A program made the translations under genes and the position numbers. Shown here piece after piece: positions 52,418-64,000 of a stretch of 64,000 nucleotides of DNA; within the stretch, counting starts at the first letter, position 1; every line of letters begins with the position of its first letter. Source of the DNA: Phoronis australis (taxonomy: Eukaryota; Animalia; Phoronida); NCBI GenBank assembly GCA_002633005.1, contig NMRA01000022.1, forward strand, positions 1,019,028-1,083,027, given 5' to 3'. The notes beneath the pieces were generated by a model, which searched no databases, had not been told where the DNA came from, and saw nothing but the letters and a program-made list of their open reading frames with translations.

Positions 52418-54843
52418 TAAACCTGGACTTGTCGGATAAATTTTTTTCTTTGCTGTTTCACATAGCCTAGGTTTAAGTGACTATAAAGTAGGCAGATGAC
52501 TGTTAGCAACCGTCGATCATCTTTAAACATGCAAATTAAGGTCGCCATTATGTCAAATTCTATTTTTGCACATAATTTCCTCACCAAGCACAGCAGGTAC
52601 ATTATTTCGGATCGGAAAATTTAATAGTACTAGGTTTTGGGGAATGCATCGTAAATTTGCATAATTTATGCAAACTAAGTCCGCTATTATTCAAAATTCT
52701 ACTTATGTATATAGCTGTGGAACCAAGCATCACAGGTAAGAAATCATGATATTTGGACTTGTGCTCCTGTGCTCAATCACGTTAAAGAAATGAGTTTGCA
52801 ATTTGCATGATAAATTTGCATAATTTATAAAGGTTGCTATGGTTAAAAGTTCTGTTTCTTCTCGTTACTTTCTTATGGGGCCCTACATGTAGATTCCTTA
52901 GTATTTGCACTGGTGAATTTAATGAATTCTGTCATTACATAGTAAATTTAAATAATCTGTAAATTATTACACACATAACTATATGTTTCCAATGTACGTC
53001 TACGTAATGTATATGACTGTTCTACGCTTACTAGGAGATTCCATAGTTGTGATATTTGAAGCTGTTCCTTTTCATAATAATGCACACAGAGCACAAAGTC
53101 TGTACTGTACATTTGTGTCATCCGAAACAACCGTAACTTCACATGCACACTTCACGGCCTGCTACACAATAACGGAGCAGGCTTCTTCTTGGGATGTGTC
53201 CAGGTAATACCTAATGCTAATGCCATTGATCTATATTAAGGGTCAGGGACCGTCATCAGTGATCACCTGCTTGTATTCCTTACCAACTACTAGCCTTTCT
53301 CCGAAGTCTGATGACATTGCCCTTATTGCTTCGTGCACATTAACTGTTGGAGTAGCAACCCTGCCACTGCGCTATTGTTTACTACTGGGTCTTTGGGATG
53401 GACTTTGGAATCCAGTAGATCGGTGCTGGTATCTACTTTTTGACAGATACGGGCAATATTCTGGGCATCTGCTTCAAAAAGTGCCTTACTTTCTTCTATG
53501 TGATAGATTTCAGAACAAGATGCAAAGCTATCACTCTTCATCTCTCCAAGACCTGTTTTAGTATTGTAGGACAAATGGCAACCTGAACCAAGAGCTTTTT
53601 TAAAAGCTTAAAATCTCAAACAAGAGATTCTTAAAAGATTTCTTCTTTCATAGAAATTCCCTGCTACTCACTGCTGTTTTCGTATCATATTAATGTGGTC
53701 CCTATAAACTGAACGCTCCGAGCCCCATTCCAGCATTCACTCAATACAGGTCATGATCTGTGGGAGCAGCACAGTTGTATTGTTTTGGAATTTATTGTCT
53801 CAAACTGCTGAGCACACACTACACGGAATATTTTCTCAAACAAATTTTGCAAATTGATCATGCTGCAACCTACAAACAGGTTTCATTAAATTCGATAAGC
53901 CCAGAAACACGGAGGCAAATATACAGTGTATTAACCTCTGATATCTGATGCAGCAGTTGCAAGCACAAATGTAATTTTGAATAACGGTAGTTGTAATTAG
54001 TGTAAATTATCAATTATGCATATTCATTATGACCATGAAAACATGAGATTTGACAAGAAAATAATCTACATGCAATGCCCGAAAGGAAGTGATGAAAGAG
54101 TATTTCGCAAGTTTATCATGCAACAATTTTCAAACTGATTTCATTAAATCAATGGACCACAGAAACATGGGTGCAGACGTTAAAATAGTTAACTTTTGCC
54201 TGATACTTAAGCAAAGGTTAAATTTTGAATAATGGAAGTCTTAATTTCCATATATTATGCAATTCCACGATGTATCCTCCAGCAAACGAGCTCCATTAAA
54301 TCACTGACCATGGGAACATAGGTGAAAACTTTAAAATAACCTGTCTGAAGTACTTGGTAAGGACGTTCTAAGCAAAAACACAATTTTGAATAATGGCGGT
54401 CATAATTTGCATTAATTATGCAAATTTATCATGCAACAACATGCAAACTGATGTCATTAAATTAATTGGGCATAGGAATACAGGTGAAAATGACAAGAGA
54501 GTTCACCTGTGGTGCTTGGTACCGTAGCGATAAGAAAGAGTAATATTTTTAATAATGGCGGCTTTAATTTGCATAAATTATGCAAATTCACTACCTTCTC
54601 CCCAAAAACTTACACTATTAAATTTGCTGACGGTTGAAACGTGGGTGGAAACATCAATCTGCCTGCAGTGCTTGGTAAAGAAATTATACTCAAATATGAA
54701 TTTTTTCATAAAGGCGGACTTAATTTGCGTGTTTAAAAAAATACTCAACTTTTGCGAACGGTCATCCACCTAAGCCATGATTACCTATGCTTAGGCTACG
54801 TAATAAAAGCAAAGAAAAACTTTATCCAGCAAATCCAGGTTTA
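52418..54843 (-). mobile_element. AcademX-type DNA transposon relic (internally deleted) with long imperfect inverted repeats
   Basis: TAAACCTGGACTTGTCGGATAAA... at 52418 is inverted at ...TTTATCCAGCAAATCCAGGTTTA (54843), and the arms carry repeated AATTTGCATAAATTATGCAAAT units. Minus-strand remnants at ~52990-53585 read HIEESKA..ADA..., TSQEEA, VVSDDTNV and MESPSKRRTVI (XPG/FEN1-type acidic motifs). Confidence 0.7.
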
Positions 54844-54977
54844 TATTTTTCTCCCAAAATTCAACATTTCAGTGGCGTCCATCGATAGTGTACGCTGGTG
54901 CGGTATTGTGGTCGTGCCTTCTACATATAAATGTACATATGCTTTCACTGGAGTTATCTAGCGATCTTCTTTTATAG

Positions 54978-55761
54978 GTATTTCCACGTGCCAGGTACAT
55001 CTTTGAACTCCGGCCGAAATTTACTGCATAATTACACCGCAACGTACTTGACCAAAACTGGGGCAATGTATTACATATTCATGGACCAGGACGCCATTTT
55101 CCAGAGGACTGACCCTTCTCTTCTGGAACCTAGTGTTCGCGCGAAAGTAGATCCAACCCTACCTATCCTACGACAATATGAAAACTTTTTACTTAGAATT
55201 AAACCGGCTGCTAGCACTTCTATCTATTCGACGTCGACCAATGCCACGCGATTCAAGGAAGATTTTTTTACTACGTGTTGCGAGATGAAGAACGGCAACA
55301 GGTTGCTATTCCCGGAATTTTTCCCAATGATAAGCTTCGACACGTGCATGTTTGTTTTTCATGCTGACGCAGCTCCTCACTTGTTTCCGATACCGTTGAC
55401 ATACGAGTCAAAGTCGTGGTGGATGAGTGATGTCATAATACCATTCAGGGTGTACGCTAAATACCGAGGACAGGCTCTTGTATATTCTCCAATGCACACC
55501 TTGAACCGTGATCACGGGGATTACCCCAAAATAGGCGGAGGTGTTGTTGGATATGACGTCGTTATGAACGAGGAACGGGACTTAGCGCCATCTTCTGTTC
55601 GCAATAGCATTGTATGGAAGGATCCTTTGTTTAAAGGAAAGCGACAGCCTCCTTATTATTCAATGGTTAATCCACAGTTTGAGTATGTTCCGTACAGTAA
55701 AAATCCAAACATGGTACCTTTTCACGCAGTTCTAAACTCTTCAGGCAACGCGAGTACCTAA
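54978..55761 (+). CDS. Uncharacterised glycosyltransferase-like protein, last exon (YYIFMDQD DxD motif; SFDTCMFVFH; SWWMS; HGDYP)
   Basis: tttatAG|G acceptor and a 260-codon open frame to TAA, the longest ORF in the window. Hydrophobic strand followed by DxD. Confidence 0.85.
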
Positions 55762-58113
55762 CATTCACAGAACAATGTTAATCCAAAGCCTCTTTGGTTC
55801 AACATCAAATTTTTTAGCACTCGTATTTTCCTCCGATATCTTTATCCCAGCCGTTTTACACCCTATCCACCTGTATCTGTTTTCAAATTGGTATTTCTCT
55901 GGTGTCGATTCTACATGTAGCTGCTCATGTTCCCAGTATACATCCCGATTTCTTCTAGACACGATTATACAAATTTTCACGAATCGACTTTCTACAAACG
56001 CGTTGGGTCATTAGCATTAAATAACCTATGGGATTTTGGGGATGCCAATCGGAAATTAGCGCGGCAATTGCAAGAGAATTAAACGTACAGAGATTCAGGT
56101 TGATTTAAATTTTAACCGTCTCATTTGTCAAATTCGGGTTCATCATGTGTAACTCTATACATTAAAGAGAAGGCATTAAAAACTCTACCTCTGACTCTGA
56201 ATTTCTGTCACAAAATTTGTGCTCGGAATACTTTAGTACAGTGTGGGAGTCAAAGTACGTCAAAATAAGTTTTTTTCACCCCGCAATGTGGCTGATATTG
56301 GTGGGTACCAGGAGACAGAGCAACTGAAAACTGTCGCAAATAATTTTGATTAAACTTTTACGCTAGGCGCGCTCAGAGACAGAAAACGCAAAAACGCGAC
56401 TGTTTGGCCAAAACAGGTTCATGAGAGTTGAGGTGGAGACGTGTTTCTAGCAACATTCGCAAGTCGCGTTATTTCGTATTACTACTGAAAATAAACCGAG
56501 TTGTAATAATTTGAACAGGTTAGTGAAAATGCCAATAATATGGCGTGAAGTGCGATTTGGGTATGGGTTGCATACCGTGTGGATCACATGGATTGCCTGG
56601 CTATGCCCATTTGTCAATTTTTGCGTGTTAGTTCACTTTTATCCCTTTAAATATATTTTCAGTCAATATGGCGGTTTCGATCTTGAGGCTGTACACAAAT
56701 TTCACGTCTATTCTGGATCATGAATCCATATACACTGCATTATTTTGTAGTATTAGATCCATTTGGTAGTATTTTACTGCTGAGATATCTGGACTTTTCT
56801 AGTCTTTGTTTTTAACATCAAAAATTCAAAACTATTTACAGTGCAATTTATTGCTGGCATATACATGTAGCAAGGCGAACTTCATTTCACAACACGCCGA
56901 CGTATTGCCTCAAGGATGAACATTTTTTAAATGAAAATGACAAGCCTCGGGATTTTGACGATATTTCCAAGTGGTTTTGCCTATGTTATCAATCTGAGAC
57001 GAGTGCAGGATTTGTTTTCTCACGTGAACCGTTATAGCGATCTTTTTCGCTGAAAAACTCGACGTGTCCAATACTTTCAACCACACGTAAAAACACACTT
57101 GCGCAATGCAAAGTAATTCAGATACTTTTTATTAATAGGTTTATTTTAAGCTTAATAATTGTTAATTGCATTCAGCTTTAGTACAAAATGTTCAAGTTGG
57201 AATCTAATAAATAGTCTTTGAAGTTGTAATATTAAAACTTAAAAAATAATTATAAATATGTCAGCAAGGCTTCCCCGCGCGTGAGCACTGAATTGACCTT
57301 GAGAGAGCACAGCTAGACAGACTCGCCGCGTTTCTTGGGCTGGGGCTCGTCTCCGTTTGAATGAACGTGGATATGGAATTCGCCGCCGAAGATGGGTCCG
57401 TTTAAGAAGTTGTCTGCATATTCCTCCGACTGGGAGTACGTACAGTTGCGACATCCGATTTGTCAATCAGAACCTTGTCAACTAGGGTGACTCACCTTCT
57501 CGTAATTCCGGCATTGTTTGGTTGGCGCCCGTTTGTTTTTTTTTTGTGTTTTGCAGACCATAAAGTGTAAGGCGCATGTATTTCTACTGTGCACTACTTT
57601 GTATTTTGCCCATGTGTACGTAATATCAAAAAATTACGTTCTCGGTGTTATTAACCAGTCGTGACGTAACACATTCCAGGTCATGTGAGACAGCAAAGAT
57701 AGTTCTTTCGTATGTGTGTTGATATACAGTATTGTGCTGTAGTTGACATATTTACATGGGTGAAAGTAGCGATGTGCGTCAGGTATATCATTGGCTAGTT
57801 GTTATGTAATCTTAGAAATACCGAACTGTGTTGGCTTATCATCTGTTTGTTTATAGTTGAAATTAGTTGACATTATTAGTTGGTAATAAACAGTTATATT
57901 ATTTCGCCGATTTAGTTTGTGCTTTGTTACCGGTGGTCGCGGCTGTCCGCCCAGCATATGCACGTTGAGCATACCTGACTAATGTTCAGTGAACCTGTCT
58001 TGTGTAGCCAGTATAATCTGAACCGCCATTTTCAAAAAGACGTCGCTCTAGTCAGCTGGCAACTGTCTTTCACGTATGACGTCCACTTCACTTTTACAAA
58101 AGTGATCGCAAAA

Positions 58114-58935
58114 ATGGGTGATGAGGCTAAATCTCGCGAGATCTTATCGGTTTGAATCCGCGCCAAATAAACCGCAGAAAAACGGTTCGATTTAATTTGA
58201 AAGTTTAGTAGGAGTTCGAATGACCTTCTTAAAAGTCGTAATTATAATCCTTGTAGATGAGAAAATCCGTATTTATCGACTCATTTATGTATCAAAATAA
58301 AGACTTTTCTCCTTTGTCTTGGTATACTTGGGGAAAACCCTACATCTGTACTTAATTATGGAATCCCCGAGTGGAACGGACGTTATTGGGGGTACCTGTA
58401 GTATTAACTGAAGCACTTTTAAAACGAAAAACATCATTTGGAAGGTTTAGTTATCACCTAAGTGAATATTAAACGTTCTCTGTGCGGCTAAATTAAAATA
58501 AAGCTAGGAGAAGAAGCACAGTTGACAGATCAGCAGATCCGCTATTGACGTTCCCACACCGAACTACAATTTGAATGCTCATTAGCCAACGTTCAGTAGA
58601 TCTTCGAGACCATCATAGCCGATAGGGTTGGAACATTTGGAGAACTATTTCCCTCTTAAAGAAGTGCAAAAAAATTACCGAGTTGACGGAAACGTTTGAC
58701 ATTAAATGCTGTGCACTAGACAAATTACAATGCCAGAACAGCAACGACTCATTCGTAAGACGACAGTGATGATGATACTGATGACGAAGAAACTAGTGAT
58801 GACGTTTTTAGTACTGTTCCAATTAGTGATGTGATTAAATCATCAAGTTTATTCACTCTGAGGCGCGAAACTCTTGCTTCCAACGTGGCAACTGCGGCAA
58901 TCGACGAAGGCTACATTGTGTACGAATGGCCGTGA
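58114..58935 (+). pseudogene. Heavily decayed reading frame of unknown family with an acidic C-terminal tract
   Basis: One frame from ATG 58114 reads as protein-like text broken by many stops; a shifted frame ends DDSDDDTDDEETSDD...IDEGYIVYEWP*. Confidence 0.3.
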
Positions 58936-59930
58936 GTTTAATGCAGAAAAATAATTTTAAGAATATCTATTCGTATTACAAACGGTTTCACAACATCAAA
59001 TAGTCATAACTTTTCTAATACACTAGTGAAATCAGGTATGGTTTCGTCCCCCCCCCCTCCGTCCCCCCCGGTTTGCGACATTCTTGGTCTGCCATTATGT
59101 TACATCACCGCGCTGTTTCACCATTTCTGCTATACAAAATTTAGTATAAATTAAGTATAAACTTTTAAGTTTAATTTTCGAGTAGCACCAACAAGATGCT
59201 CACCACATCTCAATGACATTGGGTTTCACTTGTTGTGACAATTTTGCAACTGGAAATGATCTTATTTTAGCGATATCTGTCGGAAAAGAAACAGTACCTT
59301 TTATCACAGATATTCCATGTCGACGGCTGTTGTACCAAATCTTCGAAGCTCTCTTTTAGTAGAACATTCGAATAAAAACTATACAGTGCACGTATAGCTA
59401 CTGGAGATTATTTGTCACACTCAGATCTGCTATCAAATCATAGACTATAGTAGTCTATAATCTATGATCAAATGTATTGATACTGTAACTCGCGGGAACT
59501 TGCGAGATACGGTAATGTGCTTTAATTCGCGACTGATTACCACGGAGTTCGCCAGTGTCTACGCGGAAGCAGTCGTTGCCCGCGCTGGACCTGGACGGCT
59601 GGAAGCCAATAGCAGCTGGATGGAGTTTCAGGTTTTTACTCACTGTTGCAAAGGTTTCAAAAAACCCAAAATTGAAATTTGCCTCTCAGTTTGTATATGT
59701 AGTAATGAAAATGTGATGGACGTGTTAGTACAGAAATTAGTCGTTGACTATAATAGAGAAACATGAAAATCAATATCACCAGCGAAGCTCTACAGCATCC
59801 CACCAACGAATTGGCAATTGGGTAAAAGGAAACGTACGCAGAGCAAATCATCAAATTTCTTAAGGGTACAATGCCTTTGCTATAAATTCATCCTCTCTCT
59901 CTGTCCATCACAATGTGGAGGAAATACTAA

Positions 59931-61790
59931 TTATACCAAGACATGTGTCACTTCAAGAACTTGACCAATGGAGTCGGAAGATGATCTTGATAAACTTGCT
60001 GGGTGTAGCTGTGCTAACCAATACATGCAAACTTTTGGAATAGTGTGGTATGGAAAGTTAGTTGTTTGTATAACAATGTCCTGTGCCTGTAGTGACACCT
60101 GTGCTAATGCTCTCAATGGAAAAGGCAACGGGTTCTCTACATGATGATCTACATTCTGACGACAAATGAGGCATTAGCTGTGCGCTGTGTTGTTCATGTT
60201 TGGGTTAAATATAAACGCTGTCTTTTCCTTGGATCATGTGACATAATTGTAGATTTGGATATATAGTGCATCAACAATGTATCCGCACACCTGAGTGCTC
60301 ATGCACAAATCGCCGCAAATGCATAAAAACACACACTTTGAAATCGTGTTTGTGATGCAAATTAAATTTTGAGCGATCTACATAATCCTTTTTAGTAAAT
60401 TGTGCTTCACACTGACTAAACCATCAACGTCACGTTGATGTAAGTACCTTTTGAGCATAGAGGAACACCTTGATGTCTTGAAGTCCTTTCAACGAGAAAA
60501 TATATCAAATACTCCCATTTAACATTTCCTTCGTCCAAATAAGTGTAGTCTTTCCGAAATCGGGTACTGTCCCATTTCTGTTGTGATTGCATCACTGTTA
60601 TAGCATTTACTGTTTTTAAATCACATCGATGTGGTCCATCTGCTCTCCGGAATGAGCCAAGCCCCCAGTCGCTATCTAGAGCTTGACAATTGCATGTCCG
60701 CCTGGGTCGCACCTCTCGTACCTGAACAAAAAGGACGGAACAAATACACGTATTTACTCAAGTACATGTAGGAAGGAATTGGACACCATTGGCCTCCTAA
60801 GGTGTCCCTCCACGCTCAAAAGGTACTTGTACCATCATGACTTTGGTGTTTGAATCAGAGTGAGGCATACTTTACGGAAAAGCTTCCGGCGTATGGCCGC
60901 CCTATGAGATGACCACTGTCTGTGTCAGCCGCGTTGTCCCAGACAGTGGTACTGCCTATACAAACTGAGACCAGACTGTGATGACCTCTACCCTTATGAA
61001 ATTGGTCTCAAATATCCGTCAATTTAGAGGAGATTTCAATGCTTCGAAAGAATTGAAGTTTGTTACTGATTGAGGTCAGGCTTCACAAGTTGGCTTAATT
61101 GTTACGACCATGGTGTCATTTTAGCATGCACCAAGGTAAACAGTACCACCAGCATATGCACTGTGCCAGTGCAACTGCCACAGATGTTGGTCATCCCGGT
61201 AGGGTCACCATACACCGCTGTTCGACAAATAATGCTCCACACTAACTAAACCGAGTATACAAAAGTTATACATGCGTTGCTTTTGAGTACACGGGCGGTG
61301 GCATGTAATTCAAGTGGTTCTGGAACCGATGAGGGCTACTCGATCAAAAATATAGTATTATTGTAAGGCATATACAAAATACGAAAACCTTTGCAGGCAG
61401 GAAAACTAGTAGGTGAAGAGAGCAAGGAGATTGGGCGACCATTGAGTGCGCAACAGTGTACGTTGCTCTCTCTGAGTTTGATGAGGATATTCTTCTTGCG
61501 TTGTTGTATTTTTAGGAGGCCGTTGGTGCCTTCAACCGTTTTCCCAGTTTGAAAAAATACTCCGGTGATCAGTATATTTTTTACGTGTAGTCCTTCGTTA
61601 TCCGTCGCCCAAATCGGAGACTGGCCGTTTTTTTCAGAGCTTCTGTTAGTGACAGCGTCAACATATGGCCTCAATCCTTTAAACATGTCGAAGGACAACC
61701 GTTTGGGCAATGCCGTCAACCAAATGTTAATTTCCAAAGGTCATCAATGTCTGCGGTCCAATGCAGTCACTTTACTTTACAACATTTCAA
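59931..61790 (-). pseudogene. Run of decayed minus-strand reading frames, unknown family (133-aa, 98-aa and 65-aa open segments)
   Basis: Adjacent same-strand ORF pieces that can be extended through single stops or frameshifts. ILITGVFFQTGKT resembles a P-loop. Confidence 0.3.
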
Positions 61791-61943
61791 TGAAAAATGA
61801 GTTTTGAATAATGAATTAGTGTTTGCATTTGAAATTAAATACTGAGTTTCATGACAACTAGTTGTCGATGTGTACCCAATGACAAAACATCTGTGTTTGC
61901 ATTTCGATGGATCATGTGCTTTGACGATTAATATTTTCTGTTA

Positions 61944-62124
61944 TAAAAACCGGACGATCGCCGCACAAATAAAAAAATCATGTTCAACCAACTTTTTGTC
62001 TATTCATTAGACATCATCAGGATCATATTTACTGTATGTTGACACTTGCTGTCCTTTGTAAATATGATCCTGATGATGTCTAATGAGTAAATGAAACGTT
62101 TGTGCGGCGATCGTCCGGTTTTTA
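61944..62124. repeat. Fold-back inverted repeat (~180 bp) with two near-perfect stems
   Basis: TAAAAACCGGACGATCGCCGCACAAA / TTTGTGCGGCGATCGTCCGGTTTTTA and TCATTAGACATCATCAGGATCATATTTAC / GTAAATATGATCCTGATGATGTCTAATGA. Confidence 0.9.
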
Positions 62125-63197
62125 ATCTTACTGTGGCCAAAAACTGATTTAATTTTCTGTGATAGTATCGTAAGAAACAGTGTCTAACTGCCAGCTGATA
62201 GCTTCATAGTTGAGATCTCTTAAAAAATCCACAGATTGCTGCATACACAATGACGCTCATTTACATGTATTCAACAACCAAACAATTTTCAGGCTAGATA
62301 GAAATTACTGAGGTTAACGATCGCACGAAGACACAGCAGGTTATTACACTTAAGATTCCTACGGATGTTTTGGGATTCTGGAATATAGGGGAACATAGCT
62401 TATGACGATGCTGAAAAAATGAAGATTAGAATAGTCCCTACCAATAATCCATTCAAAATTAAAATTGAATACCCTGAATGTGTGCTTTGCAATAGGATAT
62501 TACAGATATACTTTTGGAATCGTGGTTAAAAATGACTTATTGGACGAGAACTGATGCATGTTTAAGGAACAGCTATACTAAATACTTTTTACTGAGTTCA
62601 ACGACGTATCCCATTCCCGGTCGAAGACTTGGACTCGCACCCCTATTTTTGTTTTTGGGATGCACTTCGCGATTGTCGTCAAGACAACAATCATTTGGTT
62701 CTCGGAGTGACGTCTCATCCCTCTAACACGTACACTTCCACGAATTGATCATCCCTGAAGACCTGTTTGGATGAAATTTATTAAAAGAATGCCTATAATT
62801 GTGGGTTAATATTTTTTTAAATGCATCGCCTTTGAAAAGGAAATCGTCGTTTGTCACATGAGACAGTGTTATACAGGGTGATTCGGGTAAATTAGTAGAT
62901 ATTTCAGAGGAATTATATTTACCAGTCGGCAGTAACATATGTGCTAAGTCGAAGGCGGTTGTACACGTTCTTTATTTGTATGATTTAGGTGAAAATATCC
63001 TTTCAAACTCTAAGGCCGGGCCCCTAGTCACGAAGTCCTGACGACATACACAACAGTGCAAGATCTCGGGCAGCAGTCAATGAATATTGGTTCAAAGCTG
63101 CTATCACAGTCCCGTTGTGATGCTTACGTGCACGAGCCTACCGCCGTGCTAAAAAATCCGTGATAAAACATTGACATCAGTGGCGGATCTAGGATAT

Positions 63198-63306
63198 NNN
63201 NNNNNNNNNNNNNNNNNNNNNNNNNNNNNNNNNNNNNNNNNNNNNNNNNNNNNNNNNNNNNNNNNNNNNNNNNNNNNNNNNNNNNNNNNNNNNNNNNNNN
63301 NNNNNN
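63198..63306. other. Assembly gap (N run) inside a poly-G MITE beginning CAGTGGCGGATCTAGG
   Basis: 109 Ns. Confidence 0.95.
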
Positions 63307-63465
63307 GGGGGCAAACCCCCCTCCCCACCTCCCCCCATCCGCGCAGGGAATTTTTCTGTTTTTATTTCTAAAAATCAAGTATTTTCCTTGATTCCTGAAG
63401 TATTATCCAAGAAAAAAAGGCAAAAAAAAAGCACGGAGAACGTGTCAAACAGGAAAAACTACAAG

Positions 63466-63535
63466 TACCAAAGACTCGAACTCACGACCTTACGCATAGA
63501 GCGCCCATGCGTTACCACTACACCAACAGAGACCT
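63466..63535 (-). repeat. tRNA-derived SINE head or tRNA pseudogene
   Basis: The minus strand has an A box TGGTGTAGTGGT and a B box GAGTTCGAGTC, but the acceptor and anticodon stems do not pair well. Confidence 0.55.
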
Positions 63536-63569
63536 ACTTGTTTATGGTCCACAGCGTTTGCGCGCGAAA

Positions 63570-64000
63570 CCTCTTTTTGTAATGCTTATTACACGTTTTG
63601 TGCCATCGATTCTTAACAAATTTGTCGCATTTAAAATAGTCTTCAAATGCCCAAAAGACCAAATCCGTTTTTCGTGTTGGCAATAATGACGGGATTGCTT
63701 TGGAAATCGTCTTGACATACATGTAAGGTTTGACAAAGAGGGTATTGCGAGTTTCTGAGTGATTCACTAAGGCTTCGATTAAAATTCCCATCTTATCAGC
63801 AGCTTCTGTTTTTTCATCGTCACTCAGGTTCCATTTTCTTCAAAAAATGAAGTAAATTTTCTTCATTGCACAGTGGAGCAGACGACGGAAACTGAGTCGT
63901 AGTGCGCAGCGCCACTGCCGGTCGCCTGGGATATCGCGGGAGAGCCTATACTTAGCCATAGTTCCGTTACGAATGCGCCGTGTTCCGAATTTGACACTTG
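63570..64000 (-). pseudogene. ~143-codon reading frame with a single in-frame stop, unknown family; runs off the window edge
   Basis: QVSNSEHGAFVTELWLSIG...KKIYFIF*RKWNLSDDEKTEAADKMGILIEALV...FEDYFKCDKFVKNRWHK, cut by the SINE-like insertion. Confidence 0.4.

Noticed and set aside
55765-56014. Overlapping 71-aa and 79-aa ORFs just after the glycosyltransferase-like stop codon
   Set aside because: No recognisable motif; likely 3' UTR or an unidentifiable fragment.
63466-63535. Functional tRNA gene
   Set aside because: A and B boxes are present but no consistent cloverleaf forms; treated as SINE-like.

Overview
AT-rich, intron-containing eukaryotic DNA, most likely a repeat-rich marine invertebrate (inferred from gene structure and repeat types). 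Positions 0.8-23.4 kb hold two tandem + strand carotenoid cleavage oxygenase genes (BCO1/BCO2/RPE65 family): the last 4 exons of paralog A and a complete 10-exon paralog B (1644 nt CDS, 547 aa, all splice phases consistent, all four Fe-binding His present). The paralogs share a 140-bp perfectly identical tract, which suggests gene conversion. At 51.5-55.8 kb lies a spliced, uncharacterised type II membrane protein gene with a DxD motif (glycosyltransferase-like). The rest is mostly mobile DNA: two inverted ~1.7-kb Kolobok elements (TTAA TSD) with antisense-overlapping THAP and KolX-like remnants, an AcademX (XPG-nuclease) relic, Penelope-like and mariner fragments, many MITEs, and two minisatellites built on CTCF-like motifs. 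At 58-64 kb there is a dense block of decayed, apparently intronless reading frames that I cannot assign; it may be an endogenous viral or giant-element relic. I found no CRISPR array, rRNA or convincing functional tRNA, and nothing I can firmly call a new biological system.
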